Shown piece by piece: positions 10,494-20,750 of a stretch of DNA of 64,000 nt (positions are counted from its first letter, which is position 1; each line of letters opens with the position of its first letter). Below the pieces are notes generated by a model. It searched no databases, was not told the origin of the DNA, and saw only the letters and a list, made by a program, of their open reading frames with translations. This DNA comes from Candidatus Aminicenantes bacterium (lineage in GTDB: Bacteria > Acidobacteriota > Aminicenantia > Aminicenantales > JAFGBC01): contig OY969696.1 of assembly GCA_963702005.1 (NCBI GenBank), positions 1,504,001 through 1,568,000 on the forward strand, in the 5' to 3' direction. The translations under genes and the position numbers were made by a program.

Positions 10494-11953
10494 AATTTAA
10501 TAATCTGGCCTACACGATTCTTCCTTTTCGGTTCATGAGGTTCGGGCCTGATGTGCTGATTATCAATGAAGCTGGAGGATACGGTTTTCTATCCGGCAAA
10601 GACTTCAACCGGTTTATAAATTATCAGCTGGACCCGAAAGAGGACGTATTCTTGAATCTGAAAAATAGGCACATTGTAACTGACACAGACCTGGCGCTTC
10701 CAGTTTACCTTTTAGCTACCAAGTACAGAACGAAAAAAAGTTATTTATATGATTTCACGGCCCTGCACATTTTCATTATCACCCTGCGCTGCAGTCAAAA
10801 ATGCCGGTATTGCCAAGCGAGCAGTGAGGATGAAGCCCAGCTCGGATTTGATATGAGCGCAGAAATAGCAAAGAAGTGCGTTGATCTGGTTTTTCAGTCT
10901 CCTTCGCCGGCAATAAAGATTGAGTTCCAAGGCGGGGAGCCGCTTCTCAATTTCGAGGCGGTTAAATATGTTGTCAAATACGCGAAGAAACTCAATGGGG
11001 TGTATCGGAAGAATCTCGAATTCGTCATCTGCACCAATCTATTAGGACTAAATAAAGAAATTCTGAATTACCTCGCGGAACACCAAATATGGATTTCCAC
11101 TTCTTTGGACGGGCCGAGAAACTTGCACGATGCCAATCGAATAACTAGAAAAGGCACAGGGACATATGACGTGGTTAGAAATAATATCCGGCTAGCCCAG
11201 GACAGGCTCGGGATTGAGAGAGTTTCTGCGCTTATGGTCACTACGAGAGATAACGTTCATAAACTGAATGATGTTGTTGATGAATATATCGATCAAAGAT
11301 TCAATTCAATTTTTATCCGAACCATCCATCCTTATGGAAGGGCAGCCAAAGAAAAACTCGGCTGTGACGTTGAAGCCTTTATCGAGAATTACAAAAGAAC
11401 CTTGGATTACATAATCAGGCTTAACCTTGATGGAGTGATGTTTTCTGAGCAATATGCCACGATCATTCTAAAAAAGATATTAACTCCATTCGCCACGACG
11501 TTCGTTGATCTTCAATCTCCGGCTGGAACCGGAATCAGCTGCGTCGTCTACGGTTATAACGGCGATGTCTTTGTCTCTGATGAGGCAAGGATGCTCTCCA
11601 AGATGGGCGACAACCGGTTTATGATGGGAAATGTTTATAAAAACAAATATCAAGAAATATTTAAGGGCAAAGTTATTCGGGAAACCGTGGAAAATTCGTG
11701 CGTTGAAAACATGCCTCTTTGTTCTGAATGCGCTTTCCAGTTGTATTGCGGCGCTGATCCTGTCCGGAACTACAGCATGCAGGGTGATCTCATGGGACAC
11801 CGGCCCACTTCCGAATTCCATCAAACCAATTATCTGATTATCCGTCATTTAATAGAACTTATTAAACAAAACGACCCGGAGATCATGAACGTCTTTTGGT
11901 CATGGATCACAGCCCGGTCGATTGAAGAGATTAAGGGATCAAAAAGAGGATAA
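10490..11953 (+). CDS. hxsB: His-Xaa-Ser system radical SAM maturase HxsB
   Basis: LPFRF N-terminus, LHIFIITLRCSQKCRYCQAS, IKIEFQGGEPLLNF, VDLQSPAG, SDEARML, CGADPV. Confidence 0.9.
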   Translation: MKFNNLAYTILPFRFMRFGPDVLIINEAGGYGFLSGKDFNRFINYQLDPKEDVFLNLKNRHIVTDTDLALPVYLLATKYRTKKSYLYDFTALHIFIITLRCSQKCRYCQASSEDEAQLGFDMSAEIAKKCVDLVFQSPSPAIKIEFQGGEPLLNFEAVKYVVKYAKKLNGVYRKNLEFVICTNLLGLNKEILNYLAEHQIWISTSLDGPRNLHDANRITRKGTGTYDVVRNNIRLAQDRLGIERVSALMVTTRDNVHKLNDVVDEYIDQRFNSIFIRTIHPYGRAAKEKLGCDVEAFIENYKRTLDYIIRLNLDGVMFSEQYATIILKKILTPFATTFVDLQSPAGTGISCVVYGYNGDVFVSDEARMLSKMGDNRFMMGNVYKNKYQEIFKGKVIRETVENSCVENMPLCSECAFQLYCGADPVRNYSMQGDLMGHRPTSEFHQTNYLIIRHLIELIKQNDPEIMNVFWSWITARSIEEIKGSKRG

Positions 11954-11957
11954 TAAT

Positions 11958-13094
11958 TTGCGGCAGCTAAGTGGAATACCTTTGAATTCCAGGGCTAGGA
12001 TAATAGGGAAAATATCCAAAAACTCCGCTCAAACAAAGGAAATAAAGGACTGCATTCTTGTGACTGAATCAATTGAAAAGAGGATTAAGAGATTTAAGGC
12101 CATCTTATGCTTAGCTGCCATCGAAAAAACGACAGCTGAGCGGCTCAAAACGCCGATTGTTCATGGCGTTGAGAATATCGAAGCCTTAAGCGAGGGCGAT
12201 ATTGTCATCGTTGATATGGTAACCGGAGAGATTATTGTTGTTTACGAAAAGAACTCCGTTCACAATTCAATCCTCGCTTCAACGGACTGCAATTGCCGCT
12301 GTATCATGTGCCCTCAATCCTTGGTCGAGGATTCGCCGGAGAACCTTAAGAACAATATAGAAATCATCAGATTGATCGATAAAAACACCAAGGCTTTGGG
12401 AATCACAGGCGGAGAGCCCCTGATCCTGGGAGACGGCTTAATCAAGCTTTTAAAGGAATGCAAGAGACTATTGCCCGAGACTCAAATTCAGATTCTGACG
12501 AACGGGACATTGTTAAAAGATGATGCTTATATCAGACGCATAACCCTGCTGAGGCTGAAGAAACTGATTTTTTGCATTCCACTCTATGCTGATACAGATA
12601 GAGAACATGATTTCATAATGCAACGGAACGGCGCTTTCGAAGACACGATCCAGGGATTATATAACCTTGCGGCCAGAAAGCAGCTGGTCGAGATCCGAAC
12701 CGTTGTCATGTCGCTTAATTATCGGCGACTCCCTCAAATTGCCGAATTTATTTACCGTAATCTACCTTTTGCTATCCACGTTGCCTTTATGGGCATGGAA
12801 GTCGAGGGTCAGGCAAGAAAGAATATCCAGAAGCTCTGGGCCAGCCCTGTTGAATACGCGCCCTACTTGAAGGAGGCCGTCATTTATCTTTCGCGACAGA
12901 ATATGGATGTTTCGATCTATAACGAGCAATTGTGTTTGATGCCCAATGAGATATGGAATTTTATGCGAAAATCAATTTCCGAGTGGAAAAATACATACTT
13001 AGAAAAATGCAGCTGTTGTAGGGCTAAAAATGAATGTGCGGGCTTTTTCGCCCAACCGGTAGAGGAGCATAAACGCCTTATCAAGCCCCTCTGA
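11958..13094 (+). CDS. hxsC: His-Xaa-Ser system radical SAM maturase HxsC
   Basis: CNCRCIMCPQ, GITGGEP, RKSISEWKNTY..CSCC..CAGFF; probable TTG start at 11958 after AGAGGA (ORF track starts 11922). Confidence 0.88.
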   Translation: MRQLSGIPLNSRARIIGKISKNSAQTKEIKDCILVTESIEKRIKRFKAILCLAAIEKTTAERLKTPIVHGVENIEALSEGDIVIVDMVTGEIIVVYEKNSVHNSILASTDCNCRCIMCPQSLVEDSPENLKNNIEIIRLIDKNTKALGITGGEPLILGDGLIKLLKECKRLLPETQIQILTNGTLLKDDAYIRRITLLRLKKLIFCIPLYADTDREHDFIMQRNGAFEDTIQGLYNLAARKQLVEIRTVVMSLNYRRLPQIAEFIYRNLPFAIHVAFMGMEVEGQARKNIQKLWASPVEYAPYLKEAVIYLSRQNMDVSIYNEQLCLMPNEIWNFMRKSISEWKNTYLEKCSCCRAKNECAGFFAQPVEEHKRLIKPL

Positions 13095-13175
13095 ATCTCC
13101 ATAATAAGGGACGGTGAAAAATTATCCTTGACTTCTGGAAACGATTCGGATAATTTTTGGACTGAGGGGATTAAG

Positions 13176-13874
13176 ATGAAAACAATAAATAAAATTGGCT
13201 ACGGGCTTTTGTCTTTGGTCACTCTCTTTTTCTATACCGTAACGAACGGGTTGCCCAGAAGCAGAATTTTCAGTTCAATTAAAGAGAAAGTTTTAAAAAT
13301 TCAAAAAAATAATGCTAATGCTCCTGAGAGTTTGATATTAAAGCAATCAAATAGTTCATATGGTAATGAGTACGCGAGTCATACTTCCCATAGATCGCAT
13401 AGCTCTCATCGTTCGCATGCCTCACATCGGTCAGGTACGACTGGGACGGTCAGATCTGCACCCGCAAAAAAAACGGCTCCTGCCACCACATCAGTTTACG
13501 CAAATCCATATGCTCAATATCTTACCGTTGCTGATGTTGAAACAATAACGAGTTTCAGCGGCATCCAGCAAAACCTAGAGCCCTCCATTCTCCATTTTCT
13601 TCGCGAGGATGGGAAGGAAATCCTTCAGGTGAAGTTCTGGACGAAAGAATATTTCAGCAACTTCAAAAACGACAACAAATATAGCCCAATTAGTGGAATC
13701 GGGGAAGCGGCTCTTGTCGGCACACCGCAATTGCCGATCGAATTGGTTTTTACAAAAGGGAAACATTGTGTCGAGATTTCGACTTTCCCCGAGGAAGGAC
13801 TTATACTATTTGTGTCTTTAGATCAGCTGAAGACCGTTGCTAATTATATTTCATCTCGGCTGACAGATTATTAA
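13176..13874 (+). CDS. hxsA: Second His-Xaa-Ser repeat protein, with C-terminal globular domain
   Basis: SHTSHRSHSSHRSHASHRS repeat after a leader resembling the 7094-7354 peptide (LLSL..IK....LILK). Confidence 0.75.
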   Translation: MKTINKIGYGLLSLVTLFFYTVTNGLPRSRIFSSIKEKVLKIQKNNANAPESLILKQSNSSYGNEYASHTSHRSHSSHRSHASHRSGTTGTVRSAPAKKTAPATTSVYANPYAQYLTVADVETITSFSGIQQNLEPSILHFLREDGKEILQVKFWTKEYFSNFKNDNKYSPISGIGEAALVGTPQLPIELVFTKGKHCVEISTFPEEGLILFVSLDQLKTVANYISSRLTDY

Positions 13875-13907
13875 GCCCGAACCCCAATTCGGCTTGTCAG
13901 AACGAAG

Positions 13908-14999
13908 ATGAGAAAAATCAAAATAGGAATGTGGCCTATAATTCTGGGTTTCTTTTTTTTAATTGCCTGTGCTTCTTCACCTCAGCAGCCTGTCAAGGTC
14001 GCTGCAAGTCCGGAAAAGACTAAGACATTAGAGATTCATGTCATTAACGTCGGTCAGGGAGACAGCTTTCTGATTATCTCGCCGTCCGGGAAAAGAGTCC
14101 TCATTGACGCAGGAAATACTGGCCGTGGTGCTGGGTTTGTCCTTCCTTATCTTCAAAGCCATAAAATATCTTCAATCGATTATATCATTGCATCTCATTT
14201 TCACTCAGACCATATTGGCGGCCTTGACGAAGTTGTAAACGGCCTGGGCGGGAGTACGCAAATCTTGAGCGCTGCCTTTGACAGGGGCGGAACATATAAT
14301 TCTGGTGCTTTCAGAGAATACATAACGTCAGTCGGAAAAAAAAGAAAGACCATTTCTCCCGGCCAAATAATTGACTTGGGCGACGAAGTTATAATGAAAT
14401 GCATCGCCTCTAATGGAGATATTCCAAGTGGAAGGATATATTCAGGCACGGATGAGAATACGCTGTCGATTGTCCTTTTATTAAAGTATCGTACTTTCGA
14501 TATATACCTGGGCGGAGATAGCAATTCGGCAATTGAGCCTTCTCTTGTTCCCTATGCCGGCGATGTCGACGTTTATAAAGTAAGTCATCATTGCAGTGCC
14601 ACAAGCTCGACCCAAGAGCTTCTTGATTGTTTGAAACCCGAAGTCTCGGTAATTGCCGTTGGAAATGGCAATACCTATGGACATCCCAATTCTGAGACCC
14701 TTTCCAGATTAATCGCTATAAATAGTTATATTTATCAGACAGAATCAGGGGCTGCTGTGCCGCCGGTTGGAAAGGGCGAGGTTGCCAATGGGAATTTTTT
14801 GATAGTTACCGATGGCGATTCCTACACAATTTCTGGTTCAGCGCTAGTTAGTAAAACAAGATTGACCGATTCAAATCAAGCCTTCGCCTATTTGATGGAC
14901 GAATACTCAAGGCAATGGCCTTTTACTTATATTATATCTATCCAGAAAATGAAGCTGACGAGGGTGAGCGAATTAAACAGAATTTGGCATGGAGCCTGA
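13908..14999 (+). CDS. ComEC/Rec2-like metallo-beta-lactamase hydrolase, lipoprotein
   Basis: INVGQGDS, SHFHSDHIGG, KVSHH, YGHP; lipobox LIAC. Confidence 0.85.
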   Translation: MRKIKIGMWPIILGFFFLIACASSPQQPVKVAASPEKTKTLEIHVINVGQGDSFLIISPSGKRVLIDAGNTGRGAGFVLPYLQSHKISSIDYIIASHFHSDHIGGLDEVVNGLGGSTQILSAAFDRGGTYNSGAFREYITSVGKKRKTISPGQIIDLGDEVIMKCIASNGDIPSGRIYSGTDENTLSIVLLLKYRTFDIYLGGDSNSAIEPSLVPYAGDVDVYKVSHHCSATSSTQELLDCLKPEVSVIAVGNGNTYGHPNSETLSRLIAINSYIYQTESGAAVPPVGKGEVANGNFLIVTDGDSYTISGSALVSKTRLTDSNQAFAYLMDEYSRQWPFTYIISIQKMKLTRVSELNRIWHGA

Positions 15000-15031
15000 C
15001 AGGAAAGCAATAATAGAGATAAGGAGGTTTC

Positions 15032-15460
15032 ATGGGCAAAATAAAAGTCCTGTTTCCGTTTATATGTTTACTTATTATCTCCAACTCCCTTCTTAGCCAG
15101 ACACAAACATCCAGAACCCAAACTATCCTAACTACAGCAGAGGCGGCTCAGCATATTGGAGAAACGGTCACAGTGTGTGGCCTTGTAGTGGACACGCGTT
15201 ATGCTTCATCAAGCCGAGGAAGGCCGACCTTCCTAAACCTGGACAAACCCTATCCAAAACAAGTCTTTACTGTGGTGATATGGGGGGAGGACCGGGACAA
15301 ATTCGGAGAGCCTGAAGAGAAATACCGTGACAAGCATATTTGTGTGACAGGCAAGATTAGAAGTTATCGAGGCGTGCCCCAAATTCAGGTAACCGATCCA
15401 AAGCAAATTGAGGTTAAAGAAGAGCAGCAAACTATTGAAAGCGTTTCTAAGTCTCGTTAA
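15032..15460 (+). CDS. Secreted OB-fold nucleic-acid-binding protein
   Basis: Signal peptide; EAAQHIGETVTVCG..PTFLNL..YP..FTVVIW..VTGKI..YRGVPQI. Confidence 0.7.
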   Translation: MGKIKVLFPFICLLIISNSLLSQTQTSRTQTILTTAEAAQHIGETVTVCGLVVDTRYASSSRGRPTFLNLDKPYPKQVFTVVIWGEDRDKFGEPEEKYRDKHICVTGKIRSYRGVPQIQVTDPKQIEVKEEQQTIESVSKSR

Positions 15461-15931
15461 CAAATGAGGCGGCTGGAGGCCAGATTTTCCCTGGCCTCCC
15501 GATATCAGAATGACCGCCTTGAAGCAGGATATGCGCCTCATATGTATAGACGGTGGGAATAGCGTAAGATACCATCTAAAAAATATCGCTAGTTCATCCT
15601 CAGGATAAAAAGGTAGGTTCAATGCTCCGGCCGCAGTGAAACGAGGTCGCATCTCGATAACTTTATCTCTGAACGTTTGAAGAAGATGGCTCGAATAGTT
15701 TTCATTGAAGATTAAGCTTGGCAAACGAAAATTAGATTGCTTGCCTTGATTTGGTTCAATAATATCAACTCTTGACGATATCCCTTCTTTGAAGGATAAT
15801 ATTTCCGATATTGGAGGGGGGAGGTGCCTTTGATGGTCCTCGGGAACGCCACTCATTTCCAGTCCTAGAATTATGGGATTTTCTGGCTTCGGCAAGGGTA
15901 ATATTTAAATATTTCAAAGGGGAGGTTTTGT

Positions 15932-16279
15932 ATGAAAAAAATCACTGTCAAGCTTACGGGAGAAAATATCTTGAAACGTGCCTGGCTAAAAAAGAAGAAC
16001 GAGAAGAACCGTGATTGGGCTCAAGCGAAAGAGCTCCAGTTCAACGATAAAGGAATCGCCGAAGAAAATGTCGAGGAGAATGCCGAATATATCCTTTCTT
16101 GGACACTCGTGGGGACACCAGGAGACACATGGAGCCTTGAGGTCGATGATCCTTCAATCTATGTTTGGAACTACTATAGTAGTACGAGTCCATGGAAAAC
16201 GACGAAAATCTCAATAACAAAAGCCTTAGTAAGGGCTGGCTATGCTGATTTACGGGTCCTTAAGATAAATAAGGAGTAG
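15932..16279 (+). CDS. Hypothetical protein
   Basis: GGAGG RBS; 115 aa; coupled to next gene. Confidence 0.6.
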   Translation: MKKITVKLTGENILKRAWLKKKNEKNRDWAQAKELQFNDKGIAEENVEENAEYILSWTLVGTPGDTWSLEVDDPSIYVWNYYSSTSPWKTTKISITKALVRAGYADLRVLKINKE

Positions 16280-16282
16280 ACC

Positions 16283-17347
16283 ATGAAAACTTCTTTAGTG
16301 ACAATCCTAATATTTTTAATATGCTTTCCTGTTTTTATAGTAGGACAAACAAATCAAGAAGCAAACTCTAAAAAAGAGCCTGAGAAAAAGGGACAAGATT
16401 TTTTAGGCGCGATTAGTTTCGATCCCAGTCTTTCATCTAACTCGAGTGGGAAAAATATTCAGCTTATACTCGAAACCACAAAGCTGGACGCGAAGAGAGC
16501 AAAGGCGCAAATTGGATTTCAACAAGGCGATTCAATATTCAGTATTAAAATCGAAGGTCCAGTAGGAGCAAAAGCTGACCCAACTACTTGGGCGGATTTA
16601 AACGGACTAGCCAACTCTGTGGTCGCTGACATTGGCTTCTGCAATTATATTTGGCATCCTCGTGGCTCGATAGAGGATGCGATAAATCAATACCACAAGG
16701 ATCTCCTCGCACAGGGGATGACTGAAACCGAGTATCAGGAGCTACTTGAAAAAGTCCACGGCTTCAATAGTGATAATATACCCTATAAATATATTAAAAA
16801 CTTATTTGGAACGCCTCTGCAATGGGGCATGAGATTTAAAATTGGCCGCGAGAAATTCTCTTATCTCGATTCAGTTAATTATGATGAAAAGGATAAAGTA
16901 AAAACGAATTTTGCTATAGTCTGGTTCTATGGAATCGTTTTACCAGCCTCAAGCCTATACCTAGGGTTGAGTTATCGATATGAATCTGCTTTTAAAGCAG
17001 GAGATGCGCAAAAGATCAGTGTCCCTATTAAAGATGTTCCAGGAGCTCTTCGTAGTTATGAGTTGCCAATTGAAGAGCCAAAAAGCAAAATAGGCAGTAT
17101 CGGCCAGTTTGAAGCTCGATATTTCGTTTCCCCCCAATTCGCTTTGAACCCGAAAATCGCATATGACTTTAAAGCCAATGCCCTCGGGATAGAAATCCCC
17201 TTCTATTTCCTAACGAATACGGGAAAGGATCTCAAAAATCAGGAACAGGGTTTGAACGGAGGTATCTCTTTTGGCTGGCGTTCTGATACAAAAGATTTGG
17301 GCATAGCTTTATTTGTGGGAAACGTTTTCAATATATTCCGCGACTGA
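16283..17347 (+). CDS. Hypothetical secreted / outer-membrane protein
   Basis: Signal peptide; beta-strand-rich C-terminal half. Confidence 0.6.
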   Translation: MKTSLVTILIFLICFPVFIVGQTNQEANSKKEPEKKGQDFLGAISFDPSLSSNSSGKNIQLILETTKLDAKRAKAQIGFQQGDSIFSIKIEGPVGAKADPTTWADLNGLANSVVADIGFCNYIWHPRGSIEDAINQYHKDLLAQGMTETEYQELLEKVHGFNSDNIPYKYIKNLFGTPLQWGMRFKIGREKFSYLDSVNYDEKDKVKTNFAIVWFYGIVLPASSLYLGLSYRYESAFKAGDAQKISVPIKDVPGALRSYELPIEEPKSKIGSIGQFEARYFVSPQFALNPKIAYDFKANALGIEIPFYFLTNTGKDLKNQEQGLNGGISFGWRSDTKDLGIALFVGNVFNIFRD

Positions 17348-17540
17348 CCCCGGGATGAAATTCTACATCGTCATCGTCTCCTGCCCGCGCTGCGGATGGA
17401 TTCTTCCGGCCCATGACCGGAGCGATCCCAGACTCCACGACGCAACGTGTTTTGAACTGCGGGCTGGAGATCGAGATCGTCTTTGATCGGTTCGGGAATC
17501 TCAAGGAGGTCAAGCCGAAAACAATAAACTAGGGGGTTGC

Positions 17541-18923
17541 ATGAAAAAGAAAGCTTTATTTCTCGTCTTCGTCTTTCTTCTTCTCTCTCTTCCTTCGGAG
17601 GCCGTAAAGCTCGTCACCTGGAACCTGCTGAACTTCCCGGGATCCACGGGCGCCGCGCGCGAGGATGACTTCCGGCTGGTGATCAACAAGATCGCGCCCG
17701 ATATCCTGGTCGCCCAGGAGATGATCGATCTCACCGGCTGCAATCAGTTCCTCATTCAGGTGATGAACTTCACCATCCCCGGGAAGTACGCGGCCGCGCC
17801 TTTCTACGACAGTAGCGACACCGATAACGCGCTCTTCTACCGGAGAGCGACTATCACCTATCTTGGGAAGACCCAGATCAAAACACCTCTCCGGGACATC
17901 ACGGAATACGTCCTGAAAGTGAAGAGCGGGCCCGGGACGGGGACGACGTTTCGTGTCTACTCGATACACCTCAAAGCAGGATCCGAAGCAGCCGATAAGA
18001 CTGAGCGCACTGAGGAAGCGAAGAAACTCAGAAATCGTCTGAACGCGCTCTCCGTGAACACCCTGGCCCTTGCCTGCGGCGATCTCAACCTCTATACGAA
18101 CGATGAGGTCGCCTACCAGTACCTGGTTAACCACGACGCCCCCTACTACGCGCGGCTGAACGACCCCGTCCAGAAGCCCGGGAAGTGGCATGACGGATCC
18201 CAGTTCGCGCTGATTCATACCCAGTCGACCCGGACCACCCAGTTTGGCGGGGGCGCGTCGGGCGGCCTGGATGATCGCTTCGACTTTATCCTGATCTCGG
18301 ATCCGATGATGGCAAGCACGAAGTTGGGCTATGTCCAGGGGAGCTATAAGGCTTATGGGAATGATGGAAAGCATTTCAACAAGGCCGTCAACGCCGGCAC
18401 AAATTATGCCGTTGGTAAAGCCCAGGCCAATGCCCTGTGGGCGGCCTCTGATCATCTCCCGGTGATGGTGGAGCTCCTCCCCCAGTCTGGCGGGATCCCG
18501 AAGGCCCCGACCGGCCTGGTCGCCCCTTCGATCTCATCGACACAGATCCAGCTTTCCTGGAACGACAAGTCGAATAACGAGAAGGGCTTTAAGATCGAGC
18601 GGAAATCAACGGGCGACTGGGCCCAGATCTGCACGGTCCTGGCCAACACAGAGACCTATCTCAACGGGGGACTTTCCTCAGCTTACACCTACACTTATCG
18701 AGTTCGAGCGTACAACACGGACGGAGATTCAGAATATTCCAACGAAGCCTCCCGGAAGCCTGGCGAGGATATCACGGTCTACATCACGAACACCGGGACT
18801 AAATACCACCGGAGCAGCTGTCACTACCTCAGCTCGAGCAAGATCCCGATCAATCTGCTCGATGCAAAGGCACAGGGCTATACGCCGTGCTCGGTGTGCG
18901 ATCCGCCAACGAGCCATCGCTAG
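17541..18923 (+). CDS. Secreted endonuclease/exonuclease/phosphatase (DNase I-like) with FN3 and C-terminal Zn-binding (Ada-like) domain
   Basis: VTWNLLNF, AQE, GDLN, FDFIL, ASDHLPV; FN3 APTGL..LSWND..YRVRAYN; TGTKYH..C..GYTPCSVC. Confidence 0.85.
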   Translation: MKKKALFLVFVFLLLSLPSEAVKLVTWNLLNFPGSTGAAREDDFRLVINKIAPDILVAQEMIDLTGCNQFLIQVMNFTIPGKYAAAPFYDSSDTDNALFYRRATITYLGKTQIKTPLRDITEYVLKVKSGPGTGTTFRVYSIHLKAGSEAADKTERTEEAKKLRNRLNALSVNTLALACGDLNLYTNDEVAYQYLVNHDAPYYARLNDPVQKPGKWHDGSQFALIHTQSTRTTQFGGGASGGLDDRFDFILISDPMMASTKLGYVQGSYKAYGNDGKHFNKAVNAGTNYAVGKAQANALWAASDHLPVMVELLPQSGGIPKAPTGLVAPSISSTQIQLSWNDKSNNEKGFKIERKSTGDWAQICTVLANTETYLNGGLSSAYTYTYRVRAYNTDGDSEYSNEASRKPGEDITVYITNTGTKYHRSSCHYLSSSKIPINLLDAKAQGYTPCSVCDPPTSHR

Positions 18924-18945
18924 AAGTACAAATGGAGTGCAAAAA

Positions 18946-19500
18946 ATGAAAAATATATTCAAAAAAATAAAACAAACATTTAAATTAAATATATTGATTG
19001 GAGCGGTCTTCCTAGTAATCTTGATTGCAAATCTAATCTTTCTAATAAATATTCGAGACAACTACTCTCATATAAGCCAAGTATTAGATAAACGTTTCAG
19101 TCCCAATGAAGAAGATGCAATAACGGTTAAAGCCATATCTCCAATTCAATCCGATAAACAAAAAGTAAATGAAGCTTCACCTAAGGAGCTTTCTTCATCA
19201 CTCCAGACGCTTCCTCCAGCGAACAAAGGACGCACTATCCAAGAGAATTTCTTGAGCGTTTCTGTCCTATTATTTGGACTCTTAGTTTGTACTCTCCTTA
19301 CTATAGCTATGAAGAGCAAATCGGCTAAACTGTTAGAATCAACCTTTACAAAGCTCGTCGGCTTAACAGTTGTGATAACAGCAGGAGTATTCCTTATTTG
19401 TGCAGGCTATTCTCAATCTCAGATAGCAACCATGATGGGATTGCTTGGAACGATAGCAGGATATTTACTCGGTAAAGAAGTACGGAAGAGAACGTCATAA
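18946..19500 (+). CDS. Membrane protein, paralog of next gene
   Basis: C-terminal 3-TM domain QENFLSV..VITAG..AGYSQ.QIA..GLLG.IAGY.LGK. Confidence 0.7.
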   Translation: MKNIFKKIKQTFKLNILIGAVFLVILIANLIFLINIRDNYSHISQVLDKRFSPNEEDAITVKAISPIQSDKQKVNEASPKELSSSLQTLPPANKGRTIQENFLSVSVLLFGLLVCTLLTIAMKSKSAKLLESTFTKLVGLTVVITAGVFLICAGYSQSQIATMMGLLGTIAGYLLGKEVRKRTS

Positions 19501-19636
19501 AAAAGAAGCATAAAGGAGGCGCCCGGGGCCGGGGCCGCTAGCCCCCGGGGTATGATAGAAGCCAAAGGCGTAATTACGCCTCATTATGGATAGACGGATG
19601 AATGAGACTAATTTGCTCAATTTCAAAGGGGGATCT

Positions 19637-20179
19637 ATGAAATTATTTTTACTCGTTCTATTGGTTCTTATGGTTGTAGCGGCCGGGCTTTATGCCGACC
19701 ACAATCCCCAATTAAAACCTGAGAAGGCGCCAGAAGAAAAGCCAACGCCGAAGAAGCCAAAACTGACCACAGAGAAAACTGAACAAGTGCCCAGCCCATC
19801 AGAAATTCATGCGGCGGAGGTAGGGGAATATATGATGCCTGGTACAGTGGTGAAATCACAAGAAGAAGGCCAAATACAGGAGCCCCCGAAGAGCATCGGA
19901 CGCACTGCTCAGGAGAATTTTTTGAGTGTCTGTGTCCTTTTATTTGGGCTCTTATTTAGTGGTCTCTTAACTATGGTAGTTTTGAAGACTAGTCCAGCTA
20001 AGCCACTAGGGACAACCAACATTAAACTCTTCGGTTTAACGATTGTGATAACGGCCGGATTATTTCTTATTTGCGCCGGCTATTCTCAAAATCAGATCGC
20101 GCCAATGATTGGATTGCTTGGCTCAATAGCAGGATATATACTCGGAAAAGACGCGCCAAAGGAATCCGCAGAAAAATAG
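19637..20179 (+). CDS. Membrane protein, paralog of previous gene
   Basis: Same 3-TM domain; signal-like N-terminus. Confidence 0.7.
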   Translation: MKLFLLVLLVLMVVAAGLYADHNPQLKPEKAPEEKPTPKKPKLTTEKTEQVPSPSEIHAAEVGEYMMPGTVVKSQEEGQIQEPPKSIGRTAQENFLSVCVLLFGLLFSGLLTMVVLKTSPAKPLGTTNIKLFGLTIVITAGLFLICAGYSQNQIAPMIGLLGSIAGYILGKDAPKESAEK

Positions 20180-20294
20180 CGAGATGATAAATGACCCGGG
20201 TGGGCCCAAGTTGAGCCCAGGTCCCTGGTTTGAGATAGACGCTTAGCGCGGTGTCGCCTCAGATAGATAGACGTCCGAAGGGAGGTTTTGTGTC

Positions 20295-20471
20295 ATGAAA
20301 AATGCGTCTGAGATTGAGAGAATTCTTTCAAGGGTTCTTTTTGAGATTAACGAAATCAAGAAAATAATATCCCTTTCTAATATTTCTCGGCAGATAAAAC
20401 ATAACTTTGACCTAAAAATCGCTGAGGTAGAAAGACTAGTCAGAAACGCAAAAAAATTGATTGAAGAATGA
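20295..20471 (+). CDS. Small hypothetical protein (58 aa), not in ORF track
   Basis: GGAGG RBS; MKNASEIERILSRVLFEINEIKK..KLIEE*. Confidence 0.5.
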   Translation: MKNASEIERILSRVLFEINEIKKIISLSNISRQIKHNFDLKIAEVERLVRNAKKLIEE

Positions 20472-20750
20472 ATTGGCGATTTATTTAAATAGCAGTAGAA
20501 TCAGTCAAAGCAGGAGGAGATCATGCCCGATATCCTAGGACAGCAACAAAAAAATGAAATCATTAAAGCCCTAGAAAAGGCAAAAGCTACACAGCCTTGC
20601 CCGCGCTGTGGGAATAAAAAATTTGCTATAGTTGATGGCTATTTCACCCAGATGATACAGACAAAGCTAGGTATTTTAGTCTTCGGGGGGCCGAGCATCC
20701 CTTGTATAATAGCTGTCTGTGATCAATGTGGCTTCATGGCGCAGCATGCA

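Noticed and set aside
15233-15895. 220-aa minus-strand ORF
   Set aside because: Overlaps the OB-fold gene and has no recognisable motif; may include a decayed gene, but I cannot support a call.
17556-18455. 299-aa minus-strand ORF
   Set aside because: Antisense to the EEP nuclease.
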